DNA from: Mustelus asterias
Taxonomy: Eukaryota
DNA length: 64,000 nt
Direction of reading: 5' to 3'
Assembly (NCBI RefSeq): GCF_964213995.1
Contig: NC_135829.1
Coordinates: forward strand, 17,608,001 to 17,672,000
The notes beneath the pieces are model-generated. The model made no database searches. It saw only the letters and a list, made by a program, of their open reading frames with translations, and had not been told where the DNA came from. The position numbers and the translations under genes were made by a program. How positions within the stretch are numbered: the stretch's first letter is position 1; each line of letters starts with the position of its first letter. Below, in pieces: positions 38,216-51,909 of this stretch.

Positions 38216-38907
38216 TCTCCCCTTGATATTCAATAGCAGCAACATTGTCAAATCATCGCCAACATTCTCAAGGTTACCATTGACCATCTCCATGACACTG
38301 TGGCTACAAGAGCAGGTCACAGACTGGGAATTCTGTGATGTATCGTTCACTTCCTGAATTCCCAAAATCTTTTCAACTTCTACAAGACACAGGTCAGTTG
38401 TATTTTAACACAGAGACAAGAATATTGCCGTAGGGTCGGAGTGAAGGAGATGTACCAAGCATAATGGAGAGTGATGAAAATCTGGATTCAAAGGGATTTG
38501 ATCTGCCTGTAACACTGAACAACCCACTCCGATATGTAATGTATTTTAATTGTGGTTCTCTGCCAGAACTAACTGACCCACTCGCTCTCCTGTATCTTTC
38601 GCATCTCAAATTCTTATCCAATTCTCAGTTGAAATACAGAATGATCTCTGTCTCAAGCACTGCCTGTCAAAGTATTCCATTGCCCCAACAACTCTCTGTG
38701 TAAAGAATTGCTCCGAATCTCTCCCCACTCTCTGAATGACAATATCAAACTGATGCTCCATGGTTACACCATATTAAACAGACACAGCAAAGACTGTGAG
38801 TCGACTGTGTTAAACATCTACACAAGAACAGCAATGCTTCGAATCTCTCTGTTTTTCTTTCCAGGTGAGGAACATTTGGAAGATTAATGGAAAGTATTCA
38901 TCCTTAC

Positions 38908-38962
38908 CAGCAACATGTTGGAAGAGAAGAAAAAGACCCACAAACAAAGCACCGAGTGCCAT
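38908..38962 (-). CDS. Ig receptor copy 1, signal-peptide exon (proximal leader L1)
   Basis: gaaATGg start; MALGALFVGLFLLFQHVA g|gtaagg; phase 1, joins the D1 exon in frame. Confidence 0.88.
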
Positions 38963-38999
38963 TTCAGATTCCTAGACCGTGCTTGCTGAGTGGTGGTTG

Positions 39000-39080
39000 C
39001 GTTCTTACTTCCCTATCTGTGAGAGAGAAGAGAAGCTGAACTTCTCGAAATGGCGTGAGAGATAATAGCTTCCTGTTTGA
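39000..39080 (-). promoter_or_regulatory. Putative TATA-less promoter region with ETS and GATA motifs (similar in all four leader modules)
   Basis: GGAAGT at 39012-39007, AGATAG at 39018-39013, AGATAA at 39060-39065, ACAGGAAG at 39076-39069, just upstream of the ATG. Confidence 0.45.
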
Positions 39081-39315
39081 CCAACTTAGGTGAAATGTGG
39101 GCTCTGATGTTGTGTTAATGCAACCGGGGCAGCAGTTGAGATGTTCGTTTGACCCTCCAACCAGAGACGTCACAGAAAGCTCCGAAATACAAAGAGCGGA
39201 ATTTAATGAAAAGAATTCAAAGTTCTGAACGAGTGAGAAAACAGGAGAGAAGCAAACGGGATTTGGGACGAGCTGTGAGTCACAATCTTATTGCTGTTCG
39301 TGCAAAATAAGAGCC

Positions 39316-40080
39316 AGGATGCGATTCTCGCCAATAGTGGGTGGAGCGGAGCCTAATCTCACCGGTGAAGCCGGCTACTGAGCTCATGAGGCACCATCCC
39401 GCAGGTGCTCCGATCTTCCTATCTACGCTCTCCCCATCAGTTGCTCCCTGTGTTGGTCTCCCCTGCCCCATCACCACATATATCAGCACCCCCCCGCCCC
39501 TCAATCCCCCGCTTTGCTGAGTTTCCTCCAGCCCCCCAATTGCCCATTCTGAAGTGTTTGTCCCCTCCCATTGCCCCCATTGCAGAGTTCCTCCCACTCT
39601 CCAATCCCCCCTTTGTGGACATTCCTCCACTAACCCCTTCAATCGTCACGGCTGCAGAGTTGCTCACTGCCCTCCACTGTGGAGCTCCCTCCCATTGCCT
39701 CCCCCCTCCCCTTTCCCCACCTCACTCATGCCCAAACCCCCTTAGGACCTGCCCCTTTAGCACTGCCCCTGGCATTCCCAGGATGCCTGGTTGGGCACTG
39801 CCAGGCTGGCACTGCCCAGGGGGCGTGGCCCGGCCCAGTCCCCGACAACCCGCTGATGGAGACCAGCTGTGATTCTCGCTGGTGGGGACCCCGACTGGTG
39901 AGTAGGTCAGGGCAAGTGAACCTGGACCATAGGGTCCCGGACTCACTCATGACAGTTCAATGATGTCTTTGATATTTCTGGGCGCAAAGCTAATGTCGTC
40001 GGCAAAACCGTGCCGGTGGATCAGGAGAGGCGAGAAACCAGGCATAAAACCAGTCTGGGGAGCCGGGAAGATTGCACCCA
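39316..40080. mobile_element. GC-rich MITE-like repeat upstream of leader (copies in each unit)
   Basis: Imperfect terminal inverted repeats ggatgcgattctc / gaagattgcaccc; C-rich non-coding interior. Confidence 0.4.
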
Positions 40081-43000
40081 AAGTGTACATTCTGCGTGTG
40101 CTTCTGTGCATCATGATGAGAGTGCGTAACACCGGAGCAGAGATATCAACACACCCCGCGCCCAAAGCATGATGGAGATACTAACCATCTGGAAACACAA
40201 GGACCAGGATTTTCCAGTCTCGCCATGCTTGGCGCAGAGCGATCTCCAGGAGCCCCAATGGAATTAAGTTCCGAGCTGGCAGTGGGAACCCTGCTGCTGA
40301 GCTCCCGGCTCCAGGGGAAACATTAATTTGCCAGATGTTACCCAGTCGGTTGGCAATTCCGCTCCTGAGAACCAATCAGAGGCTGGCAGCTCCCCATTGT
40401 TGGCAGCACCACCGGGCGCCGTCTCTGCAGCTGGTAATCCAACCGAGCCTTCACCAGGGGGTCATCGTGGGGGGCCCTGGAGAAGGACAAGTGCTGGATG
40501 GGATGGGGGCTGTGGGGAGTGGTTTGGTAGTAAGGGAGGGGTAATGGGTGGGAGGAAAGAGTGGGGGATGGTGACTCTCAGCAGGCCCCCTCTCCCATTC
40601 CCGATGCCAGATCCCTTGATCTTGTGCTGAGTGACAATAAGCACCTCCCACTCCACACTTGGCCACAAGCAAACCTGACAGGGATAGTTTGTCAACCTCC
40701 CCAGATGGCGAGTCCCCCACCCGCTATGGGTTGAATACCAGTGACAGTCGGATGAAGCCGTGAGTTGCTCAGTCAAAGGCGTCAATCGGTATCCGGTGGG
40801 AAGGTTGCCCAGAGCCTTCCTGTTCCAGATTAAACTGGGTGGAGGCAGGGAAGCAGCAGGGGCCATATCCCACACCCTTAGAGCCGAACAATTGCACCCT
40901 CCCCTTCCTCTCCCTCTCCCCATCACCATCCACACCCTGAGAACTTGCCTTGGAGGTGAAGCATTCCGTTCTGTCCCACTGCATCTAAACAGTGGAAGTG
41001 CATGATACTCCATCACTGTCTTTAACCACTATCTCAGCAAAGAAACAGGAAACATTGGAACTTCAGCCACTGTGGGCCATTCAGTCCCTGTATTTAGTTT
41101 GAGTTCATTGCATTTTTGCCTCAGTTTTCTCCTCTTGAGTCTCTCACTCTTCCTGTGTGAGCGTGGGTTAGAAATGGCTGCACGTTGTGTGATGTTGGGA
41201 CCATCACAACCCCACACCCTGATCATGTTCAATGTGCATGGGCAAAGCAGAACCAGTAAGCCATTCAGACCCTTGAGCCTGTTCGTCCTTTCAATCAGAG
41301 CATGATAAATCTTCGCCATAACTCCATGTATCTCCCTGTGCCCCAAATTCCTTGGAACCCTTGACTGACCAAATGTTATCAGTCTGTGCCTTGCAGGCTC
41401 GAGTTATCCCCCCGTGTCCACAGCATTTTGGGACAAAACAGTTTCAGATTTCCACTATCCCGAGTGGTAAAAAAATGCTTCTTGATTTCAAATTGAGATG
41501 ATGAATCTCTAATTTTAAGATTACCTTCCCCTGTTTTTCATCTGTATCGACTCTGTCAAATAATTTGAACACTGGAATGGATAAAGGATTGGTAAACTAA
41601 CAGGGAATACATACTGAAGCAGTCCTTGCCCACATGAAGTAAGACCTACACAACGTTCAGGCTCGGGCTGATAAGTGACACGCGACATTCACATCACACA
41701 AGTGTCTGGAAATGATTAACTCCAAAAGTAGAGAGAATCGTTTCCTTCCAAAAGGTGTTTGATACAGAGCCGCAAAACTGCTTTGTGAGCAGCCCCAGGA
41801 ATAAGAGGGACTTCAGCAACATGGAGACGGAATTGGCTGAGCGACAGAGAACAGCGAGCAGTGATTAATGGATGTTTTCCTTGCTGGAGGGAGGTTTGTG
41901 GTGGAGTTGTCCAGGGGTCAGTGTTGGAACCGTTGCTTTTCCCGATATCTATTGCTGACCTATAACTGGGTGGACAGGGCACAATTACAAAGATTGCAGA
42001 TGATCCAAAATCTGGAAGCTTTGTGAACTGTGAGGAGGAGAGTATCGAACTTCAAAAATACGTAGACAAGTTGGTGCCGTGGGCAGACGGGTGGATGATG
42101 CAGTTCAATGCGGAGAAGTGTGAGGTGATTCAATTTGGTAGCAAGAACATGGAGAGACAATGTAAAATAAAGGTTACAACAGTAAAATGGATGCAGGAGC
42201 AGAGGGAGCTGGGAGTATATGTACATATATCATTGAAGGTGGCAAGGCAGTTGGAGAGCAGTTAATAAAGTATACAGCAACCTGGGCTTTATTAATAATG
42301 GCATAGAGTCCAAGAGCAAGGAGGTGATGTGGAATTTCTATAAGACGCTAGTTTGGCCTCAGTTGGAGTATTGCTTCCAGTTCTGGGTGCTGCACTTTCA
42401 TAGAATCATAGAAACCCTACAGTGCAGAAAGAGGCCATTCGGCCCATCGAGTCTGCACCGACCACAATCCCACCCAGGCCCTCTCCCCAGATATTTACCC
42501 ACTAATCCCTCTAACCTACACATCCCGGGACACTAAGGGGAAATTTAGCATGGCCAATTAACCTAACCCGCACATCTTTGGACTGTGGGAGGAAACCGGA
42601 GCAACCGGAGGAAACCCACGTAGACATGAGGAGAATGTGCAAACTCCACCACAGACAATGACCCAAGCCGGGAATCGAACCCAGGTCCCTGGAGCTGTGA
42701 AGCAGCAGTGCTAACCACTGTGCTACCATGCCGCCACTTTAGGAAGGATGCGATGGCATTGGAGAGAATGCAGAATATTCATAAGAATGATTCCAGGGAT
42801 GATGAAGATAGATTGAAGAAGTTGGCATTGTTTTCCTTGGAGAAGAGAAGGCTGAGAGGAGATTTGATCGAGATGTTCAAAATCATGAGGGGTTTGCACA
42901 GTGTAGATAGGGAGAAACTGTTCCCACTCATGGAAAGATCGAGAATGAGGGGACACATTTAGAGTAATTAGTAAAAGAAGCAAACTGATACGAGGAGAAG

Positions 43001-43921
43001 CTTTTCATGCAGTGAGTAGTTAAGGTCTGGAATGCACTGTCTGAGAGTGTGGAGGGGGCAGTTTTATTGAAGCATTTGGAAAGGAATTAGACTGTTAACT
43101 GTAATGGAAGATAGTGCAAGGTTACGGCGAGAAGGCAGAGGAATGGTATTAGGTGAGATACTCATTCAGAGAACCGGTGTGGACAGAATGGGCCGAATGG
43201 CCTCCTGCACCGTTACAATTCTGTGATCTCCCCTTGATATTCAATAGCAGCAACATTGTCAAATCATCGCCAACATTCTCAAGGTTACCATTGACCATCT
43301 CCATGACACTGTGGCTACAAGAGCAGGTCACAGACTGGGAATTCTGTGATGTATCGTTCACTTCCTGAATTCCCAAAATCTTTTCAACTTCTACAAGACA
43401 CAGGTCAGGAGTTGTATTTTAACACAGAGACAAGAATATTGCCGTAGGGTCGGAGTGAAGGAGATGTACCAAGCATAATGGAGAGTGATGAAAATCTGGA
43501 TTCAAAGGGATTTGATCTGCCTGTAACACTGAACAACCCACTCCGATATGTAATGTATTTTAATTGTGGTTCTCTGCCAGAACTAACTGACCCACTCGCT
43601 CTCCTGTATCTTTCGCATCTCAAATTCTTATCCAATTCTCAGTTGAAATACAGAATGATCTCTGTCTCAAGCACTGCCTGTCAAAGTATTCCATTGCCCC
43701 AACAACTCTCTGTGTAAAGAATTGCTCCGAATCTCTCCCCACTCTCTGAATGACAATATCAAACTGATGCTCCATGGTTACACCATATTAAACAGACACA
43801 GCAAAGACTGTGAGTCGACTGTGTTAAACATCTACACAAGAACAGCAATGCTTCGAATCTCTCTGTTTTTCTTTCCAGGTGAGGAACATTTGGAAGATTA
43901 ATGGAAAGTATTCATCCTTAC

Positions 43922-43976
43922 CAGCAACATGTTGGAAGAGAAGAAAAAGACCCACAAACAAAGCACCGAGTGCCAT
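43922..43976 (-). CDS. Orphan leader exon L2 (unit lacks gene body)
   Basis: Identical MALGALFVGLFLLFQHVA exon with intact GTAAGG donor. Confidence 0.7.
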
Positions 43977-46900
43977 TTCAGATTCCTAGACCGTGCTTGC
44001 TGAGTGGTGGTTGCGTTCTTACTTCCCTATCTGTGAGAGAGAAGAGAAGCTGAACTTCTCGAAATGGCGTGAGAGATAATAGCTTCCTGTTTGACCAACT
44101 TAGGTGAAATGTGGGCTCTGATGTTGTGTTAATGCAACCGGGGCAGCAGTTGAGATGTTCGTTTGACCCTCCAACCAGAGACGTCACAGAAAGCTCCGAA
44201 ATACAAAGAGCGGAATTTAATGAAAAGAATTCAAAGTTCTGAACGAGTGAGAAAACAGGAGAGAAGCAAACGGGATTTGGGACGAGCTGTGAGTCACAAT
44301 CTTATTGCTGTTCGTGCAAAATAAGAGCCAGGATGCGATTCTCGCCAATAGTGGGTGGAGCGGAGCCTAATCTCACCGGTGAAGCCGGCTACTGAGCTCA
44401 TGAGGCACCATCCCGCAGGTGCTCCGATCTTCCTATCTACGCTCTCCCCATCAGTTGCTCCCTGTGTTGGTCTCCCCTGCCCCATCACCACATATATCAG
44501 CACCCCCCGCCCCTCAATCCCCCGCTTTGCTGAGTTTCCTCCAGCCCCCCAATTGCCCATTCTGAAGTGTTTGTCCCCTCCCATTGCCCCCATTGCAGAG
44601 TTCCTCCCACTCTCCAATCCCCCCTTTGTGGACATTCCTCCACTAACCCCTTCAATCGTCACGGCTGCAGAGTTGCTCACTGCCCTCCACTGTGGAGCTC
44701 CCTCCCATTGCCTCCCCCCTCCCCTTTCCCCACCTCACTCATGCCCAAACCCCCTTAGGACCTGCCCCTTTAGCACTGCCCCTGGCATTCCCAGGATGCC
44801 TGGTTGGGCACTGCCAGGCTGGCACTGCCCAGGGGGCGTGGCCCGGCCCAGTCCCCGACAACCCGCTGATGGAGACCAGCTGTGATTCTCGCTGGTGGGG
44901 ACCCCGACTGGTGAGTAGGTCAGGGCAAGTGAACCTGGACCATAGGGTCCCGGACTCACTCATGACAGTTCAATGATGTCTTTGATATTTCTGGGCGCAA
45001 AGCTAATGTCGTCGGCAAAACCGTGCCGGTGGATCAGGAGAGGCGAGAAACCAGGCATAAAACCAGTCTGGGGAGCCGGGAAGATTGCACCCAAAGTGTA
45101 CATTCTGCGTGTGCTTCTGTGCATCATGATGAGAGTGCGTAACACCGGAGCAGAGATATCAACACACCCCGCGCCCAAAGCATGATGGAGATACTAACCA
45201 TCTGGAAACACAAGGACCAGGATTTTCCAGTCTCGCCATGCTTGGCGCAGAGCGATCTCCAGGAGCCCCAATGGAATTAAGTTCCGAGCTGGCAGTGGGA
45301 ACCCTGCTGCTGAGCTCCCGGCTCCAGGGGAAACATTAATTTGCCAGATGTTACCCAGTCGGTTGGCAATTCCGCTCCTGAGAACCAATCAGAGGCTGGC
45401 AGCTCCCCATTGTTGGCAGCACCACCGGGCGCCGTCTCTGCAGCTGGTAATCCAACCGAGCCTTCACCAGGGGGTCATCGTGGGGGGCCCTGGAGAAGGA
45501 CAAGTGCTGGATGGGATGGGGGCTGTGGGGAGTGGTTTGGTAGTAAGGGAGGGGTAATGGGTGGGAGGAAAGAGTGGGGGATGGTGACTCTCAGCAGGCC
45601 CCCTCTCCCATTCCCGATGCCAGATCCCTTGATCTTGTGCTGAGTGACAATAAGCACCTCCCACTCCACACTTGGCCACAAGCAAACCTGACAGGGATAG
45701 TTTGTCAACCTCCCCAGATGGCGAGTCCCCCACCCGCTATGGGTTGAATACCAGTGACAGTCGGATGAAGCCGTGAGTTGCTCAGTCAAAGGCGTCAATC
45801 GGTATCCGGTGGGAAGGTTGCCCAGAGCCTTCCTGTTCCAGATTAAACTGGGTGGAGGCAGGGAAGCAGCAGGGGCCATATCCCACACCCTTAGAGCCGA
45901 ACAATTGCACCCTCCCCTTCCTCTCCCTCTCCCCATCACCATCCACACCCTGAGAACTTGCCTTGGAGGTGAAGCATTCCGTTCTGTCCCACTGCATCTA
46001 AACAGTGGAAGTGCATGATACTCCATCACTGTCTTTAACCACTATCTCAGCAAAGAAACAGGAAACATTGGAACTTCAGCCACTGTGGGCCATTCAGTCC
46101 CTGTATTTAGTTTGAGTTCATTGCATTTTTGCCTCAGTTTTCTCCTCTTGAGTCTCTCACTCTTCCTGTGTGAGCGTGGGTTAGAAATGGCTGCACGTTG
46201 TGTGATGTTGGGACCATCACAACCCCACACCCTGATCATGTTCAATGTGCATGGGCAAAGCAGAACCAGTAAGCCATTCAGACCCTTGAGCCTGTTCGTC
46301 CTTTCAATCAGAGCATGATAAATCTTCGCCATAACTCCATGTATCTCCCTGTGCCCCAAATTCCTTGGAACCCTTGACTGACCAAATGTTATCAGTCTGT
46401 GCCTTGAAGGCTCGAGTTATCCCCCCGTGTCCACAGCATTTTGGGACAAAACAGTTTCAGATTTCCACTATCCCGAGTGGTAAAAAAATGCTTCTTGATT
46501 TCAAATTGAGATGATGAATCTCTAATTTTAAGATTACCTTCCCCTGTTTTTCATCTGTATCGACTCTGTCAAATAATTTGAACACTGGAATGGATAAAGG
46601 ATTGGTAAACTAACAGGGAATACATACTGAAGCAGTCCTTGCCCACATGAAGTAAGACCTACACAACGTTCAGGCTCGGGCTGATAAGTGACACGCGACA
46701 TTCACATCACACAAGTGTCTGGAAATGATGAACTCCAAAAGTAGAGAGAATCGTTTCCTTCCAAAAGGTGTTTGATACAGAGCCGCAAAACTGCTTTGTG
46801 AGCAGCTCCAGGAATAAGAGGGACTTCAGCAACATGGAGACGGAATTGGCTGAGCGACAGAGAACAGCGAGCAGTGATTAATGGATGTTTTCCTTGCTGG

Positions 46901-48592
46901 AGGGAGGTTTGTGGTGGAGTTGTCCAGGGGTCAGTGTTGGAACCGTTGCTTTTCCCGATATCTATTGCTGACCTATAACTGGGTGGACAGGGCACAATTA
47001 CAAAGATTGCAGATGATCCAAAATCTGGAAGCTTTGTGAACTGTGAGGAGGAGAGTATCGAACTTCAAAAATACGTAGACAAGTTGGTGCCGTGGGCAGA
47101 CGGGTGGATGATGCAATTCAATGCGGAGAAGTGTGAGGTGATTCAATTTGGTAGCAAGAACATGGAGAGACAATATAAAATAAAGGTTACAACAGTAAAA
47201 TGGATGCAGGAGCAGAGGGAGCTGGGTGTGTATGTACATATATCATTGAAGGTGGCAAGGCAGTTGGAGAGCAGTTAATAAAGTACACAGCAACCTGGGC
47301 TTTATTAATAATGGCATAGAGTCCAAGAGCAAGGAGGTGATGTGAAATTTCTATAAGACGCCAGTTTGGCCTCAGTTGGAGTATTGCTTCCAGTTCTGGG
47401 TGCCGCACTGTAGGAAGGCTGCGATGGCATTGGAGAGAATGCAGAATATTCACAAGAATGATTCCAGGGATGATGAAGATAGATTGGAGAAGTTGGGATT
47501 GTTTTCCTTGGAGAAGAAAAGGCTGAGAGGAGATTTGATCGAGGTGTTCAAAATCATGAGGGGTTTGCACAGTGTAGATAGGGAGAAACTGTTCCCACTC
47601 ATGGAAAGATCGAGAATGAGGGTATAAATTTAGAGTAATTAGTAAAAGAAGCAAACTGATATGAGGAGAAGCTTTTTCATGCAGTGAGTAGTTAAGGTCT
47701 GGAATGCACTGTCTGAGAGTGTGGAGGGGGCAGGTTTATTCAAGCATTTGAAAAGGAATTAGACTGTTAACAGTCAAGGAAGATAGTGCAAGGTTACGGG
47801 GAGAAGGCAGAGGAATGGTATTAGGTGAGATGCTCATTCAGAGAACCGGTGTGGACAGAATGGGCCGAATGGCCTCCTGCACCGTTACAATTCTGTGATC
47901 TCCCCTTGATATTCAATAGCAGCAACATTGTCAAATCATCGCCAACATTCTCGAGGTTACCATTGGCCATCTCCGTGACACTGTGGCTACAAGAGCAGGT
48001 CACAGACTGGGAATACTGCGAGTTGTAGCTCACTTCCTGAATTCCCAAAACCTTTCCAACTTCTTCAAGACACAGGTCAGGAGTTGTATTTTAACACAGA
48101 GACATGAATATTGCTGTAGAGTTGGAGTTATGGAGATGCACAAAGTGTGGCCAAGAGTGATGGAAATCTGGATTCAAAAGGATTTGATCTGCCTGTAACA
48201 CTGAACCACCCACTTCTATATGTAATGTATTTTAATTGTGGTTCTCTGCCAGAAGTAACTGACCCACTCGCTCTCCTGTATCTTTCGCATCTCAAATTCT
48301 TATCCAATTCTCAGTTGAAATATAGAATGATCTCTGACTCAAGCACTGCCTGTCAAAGTATTCCATTCCCCCAACAACTCTCTGTGTAAAGAATTGCTCC
48401 TAATCTCTCCTCACTCTCTGAATGACAATATCAAACCGATGCTCCATGGTTACACCATATTAAACAGACACAGCAAAGACTGTGAGTTGACTGTGTTAAA
48501 CATCTACACAAGAAAGCAATGCTTCAAATCTCTCTGTTTTTCTTTCCAGGTGAGGAACATTTGGAAGATTAATGGAAAGTATTCATCCTTAC

Positions 48593-48647
48593 CTGCAACA
48601 TGTTGGAAGAGAAGAAAAAGACCCACAAACAAAGCACCGAGTGCCAT
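48593..48647 (-). CDS. Orphan leader exon L3 (unit lacks gene body)
   Basis: Same peptide, gca g|gtaagg donor; surrounding unit more diverged than L1/L2. Confidence 0.7.
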
Positions 48648-49692
48648 TTCAGATTCCTAGACCGTGCTTGCTGGGTAGTGGTTGCGTTCTTACTTCCCTA
48701 TCTGTGAGAAAGAAGAGAAGCTGAACTTCTCGAAATGGCGTGAGAGATAATAGCTTCCTGTTTGACCAACTTAGGTGAAATGTGGGCTCTGACGTTGTGT
48801 TAATGCAACCAAGACAGCAGTTGAGATGCTTGTTTGATCCTCCAACCAGGGACGTCAGAAAAAGCTCCGAAATACAAAGAATGGAATTTCATGAAAAGAA
48901 TTCAAAGTTCCGAACGAGTGAGAAAATGGGAGAGGAGTGAGCGGGTTTTTGGGTTAAGCTGCGAGTCACAATCTTATTGCTCTTTGTGCAAAATAAGAGC
49001 CAGGATGCGATTCTCGCCAGTAGTGGGTGGAGTGGAGCCTAATCTCACTGGTGAAGCCGGTTACTGAGCTCATGGTGCGCCATTGCGCTGGTGCCCTGAT
49101 CTCCCGGCGTACACTCCCCCATCAGTTGCTCCCTGTGTTGGTCTCCCCACCACCCCCAATCACCACATATATTGGCACCCCCACCCCTCAATCCCCCGCT
49201 TTGCTGAGTTTCCTCCAGCCCCCCAATTGCCCACTCTGAAGTGTTTCTTCCCTCCCATTGCCCCTATTGCAAAAATCCTCCCACTCTCCAATCCCCCCTT
49301 TGAGGAGATCCCCACACAAACCCCTTCAATCGTCATGGCTGCAGAGTTGCTCACTCCCCCACTGTGGAGCTCCCTCACATTGCCTCCCCCCTCCCATGTC
49401 CCCACCTCACTCAGGACCAAACCCCCTCAGGACCTGCCCCTTTAGCACTTCCCCTGGCATTCCCATGGTGGCAGTTGGGCACTGCCAGGCTGGCACTGCC
49501 CAGGGGGTGTGGCCCGGCCCAGTCCCCGACAACCCACTGATGGAGACCAGCTGTGATTCTCACCGGTGGGGATCCGGACCGATGAGTAGGTCAGGGCAAG
49601 TGAACCTGGACCATAGGGTCCCGGACTCACTAATGACATTTAAATGATGTCTTTGATATTTCTGGGCACAAAGCTGATATCGTCGGCAAAAA

Positions 49693-50038
49693 GGGGCGGC
49701 ACAGTAGCACAGTGGTTAGCACTGCTGCTTCACAGCTCCAGGGACCTGGGTTCGATTCCCGGCTCGGGTCACTGTCTGTGTTGAGTTTGCACATTCTCCT
49801 CGTGTCTGCGTGGGTTTCCTCTGGGTGCTCCGGTTTCCTCCCACAGTCCAAAGATGTGCGGGTTAGGTTAATTGGCCATGCTGAATTTACCCTTAGTGTC
49901 CCGGGTTGCGTAGGTTAGAGGGATTAGCGGGTAAATATGTAGGGATATGGAGATAGGGCCTGGGTGGGATTGTGGTCGGTGCAGACTCGATGGGCCCGGT
50001 GGCCTCTTTCTGCACTGTAGGGTTTCTATGATTCTATG
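49693..50038 (+). mobile_element. V-SINE insertion specific to unit 3
   Basis: Absent at the equivalent site ggcaaaaccgtgcc in the units at ~40001, ~45014 and ~62725. Confidence 0.88.
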
Positions 50039-51909
50039 AAAACCATGCCGGTGGATCAGGAGAGGCGAGAAACCGGGCGTAAAATCGGTCTGGGGAGCCG
50101 GGAAGATTGCACCCAAAGTGTACATTCTGAGTGTGCCTCTGTGCATCATGATGAAAGTGCGTAACACCGGAGCAGACATATCAACACATCCCGCTCCCCC
50201 AGCATGATGGAGATACTAACCATCTGGAAACACAAGGACCAGGATTTTCCAGTCTCGCCGCTCCTGGCTCAGAGCGATCTCCAGGTGCCCCAAAGGAATT
50301 AAGTTCCCAGCTGGCAGTGGGAACCCTGCTGCTGAGCTCCCGGCTCCAGGGGAGACATTAATTTGCCAGACGTTCCCCAGTTGGGTGGCAATTCCGCTCC
50401 TGAGACCAATCAGAGGCTGGCAGCTCCCCATTGTTGGCAGCACCACCGGGCGCCGTGTCTGCTGCTGGTAATCCAACCGAGCCTTCACCAGGGGGTCATC
50501 GTGGGGGCCCCTGGAGAAGGACAAGTGCTGGATGGGATGGGGGCTGTGGGGAGTGGTTTGTCAGTAAGGGAGGGGCAATGGGTGGGAGGAAAGAGTGGGG
50601 GATGGTGACTCTCAGCAGGCCCCCTCTGCCATTCCCGATGCCAGATCCCTTGATCTTGTGCTGAGTGACAATAAGCACCTCCCACTCCACACTCGGCCAC
50701 AAGCAAACCTGACAGGGATAGCTTTCAATCTCCCCAGATGGTGAGTCCTCCACCCCAGCCCCAGCTATGGGTTGAATACCAGTGACAGTCGGATGAAGCC
50801 GTGAGTTGCTCAGTCAAAGGCGTCAATCGGTATCCGGTGGGAAGGCAGCCCAGAGCCTTCCTGTCCCAGATTAAACTGGGTGGAGGCAGGGAAGCAGCAG
50901 GGGCCATATCCCACACCCTCAGAGCCAAACAATTGCACCTCCCCCCGCCCCCCCCCCCCCCGCTCATCTCACCTTCCTCTCCCCCTCCCATTCACCATCC
51001 ACACCCTGAGAACTTGCCTTGGAGGTAAAGCATTAAATTCTGTCCCACTGCGTCTAAACAGTGGAAGTGCATGATACTCCATCACTGTCTTTAACCAGTA
51101 TCTCAGCAAAGAAACAGGAAACATTGGAACTTCAGCCACTGTGGGCCATTCAGTGCCTGTATTTAGTTTGAGTTCATTGCATTTTTGCCTCAGTTTTCTC
51201 CTCTTGAGGCTCTCACTCTTCCTGTGTGAGCGTGGGTTAGAAATCGCTGCACGTTGTGTGATGTTGGGACCATCACATCCCCACACCCTGATCATGTTCA
51301 ATGTGCATGGGCAAAGCAGGACCAGTAAGCGCAGGAGGAGGCCATTCAGCCCCTCGAGCCTGTTCGTCCTTTCAATGAGACCATGGTAAATCTTCACCGT
51401 AACTCCATGTATCTCCCTTTGCCCCAAATCCCTTGGAACCCTTGACTGACCAAATGTTATCAGTCTATGCCTTGAAGGCTCCAGTTCTCCCACAGAGTCC
51501 ACAGCATTTTGGGACAAAAGTTTCAGATTTCCACTAGCCTTGGTGGTAAAAAAAATGCTTCTTGATTTCAAATCGAGATGATGAATCTCTAATTTTAGAA
51601 AAAAACATGGAAAAACTACAGCACAAACAGGCCCTTCGGCCCACAAATTTTAATTTTAAGAGTATCTTCCCCTGTTTTTCATCTGTATCGACTCTGTCAA
51701 ATCATTTTAACACTGGAATGGATAAAGGATTGGTAAACTAACGGGAAACAATGAAACAGGATAAATGGGATATTTTCAGGTTGGCAAAGAGTAACTAGTG
51801 AAGTGATTGGCAATTCAAAGCTTAAAGCCAGTGTCGTAACCTCGCTGGGGTCAATTGATTTATTCCATTAGATTGGGATAAAATTCCTACTCAGCTCATC
51901 ATTTCATTA

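Larger units (their letters stand above)
28341..41270. repeat. Segmental duplication block A (paralog of ~51126-64000, offset ~22.7 kb)
   Basis: Colinear high-identity match including all receptor exons, introns and repeats; homology extends left to ~28067 (matches 50302-50562). Confidence 0.95.
37060..47085. repeat. Near-perfect tandem duplication, ~5013-bp unit x2
   Basis: ORF track repeats at offsets of 5011-5014; only a handful of differences visible. Confidence 0.95.

Noticed and set aside
29277-38962. Naming the receptor CD8, CD4, TIM, CD300 or MDIR
   Set aside because: Domain number, cysteine pattern and tail do not match any of them well enough without a database search.
39280-41346. 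Pro/Gly-rich ORFs repeated in each array unit
   Set aside because: They overlap on both strands in GC-rich repeat DNA, shift frame between copies and have no recognisable domain.
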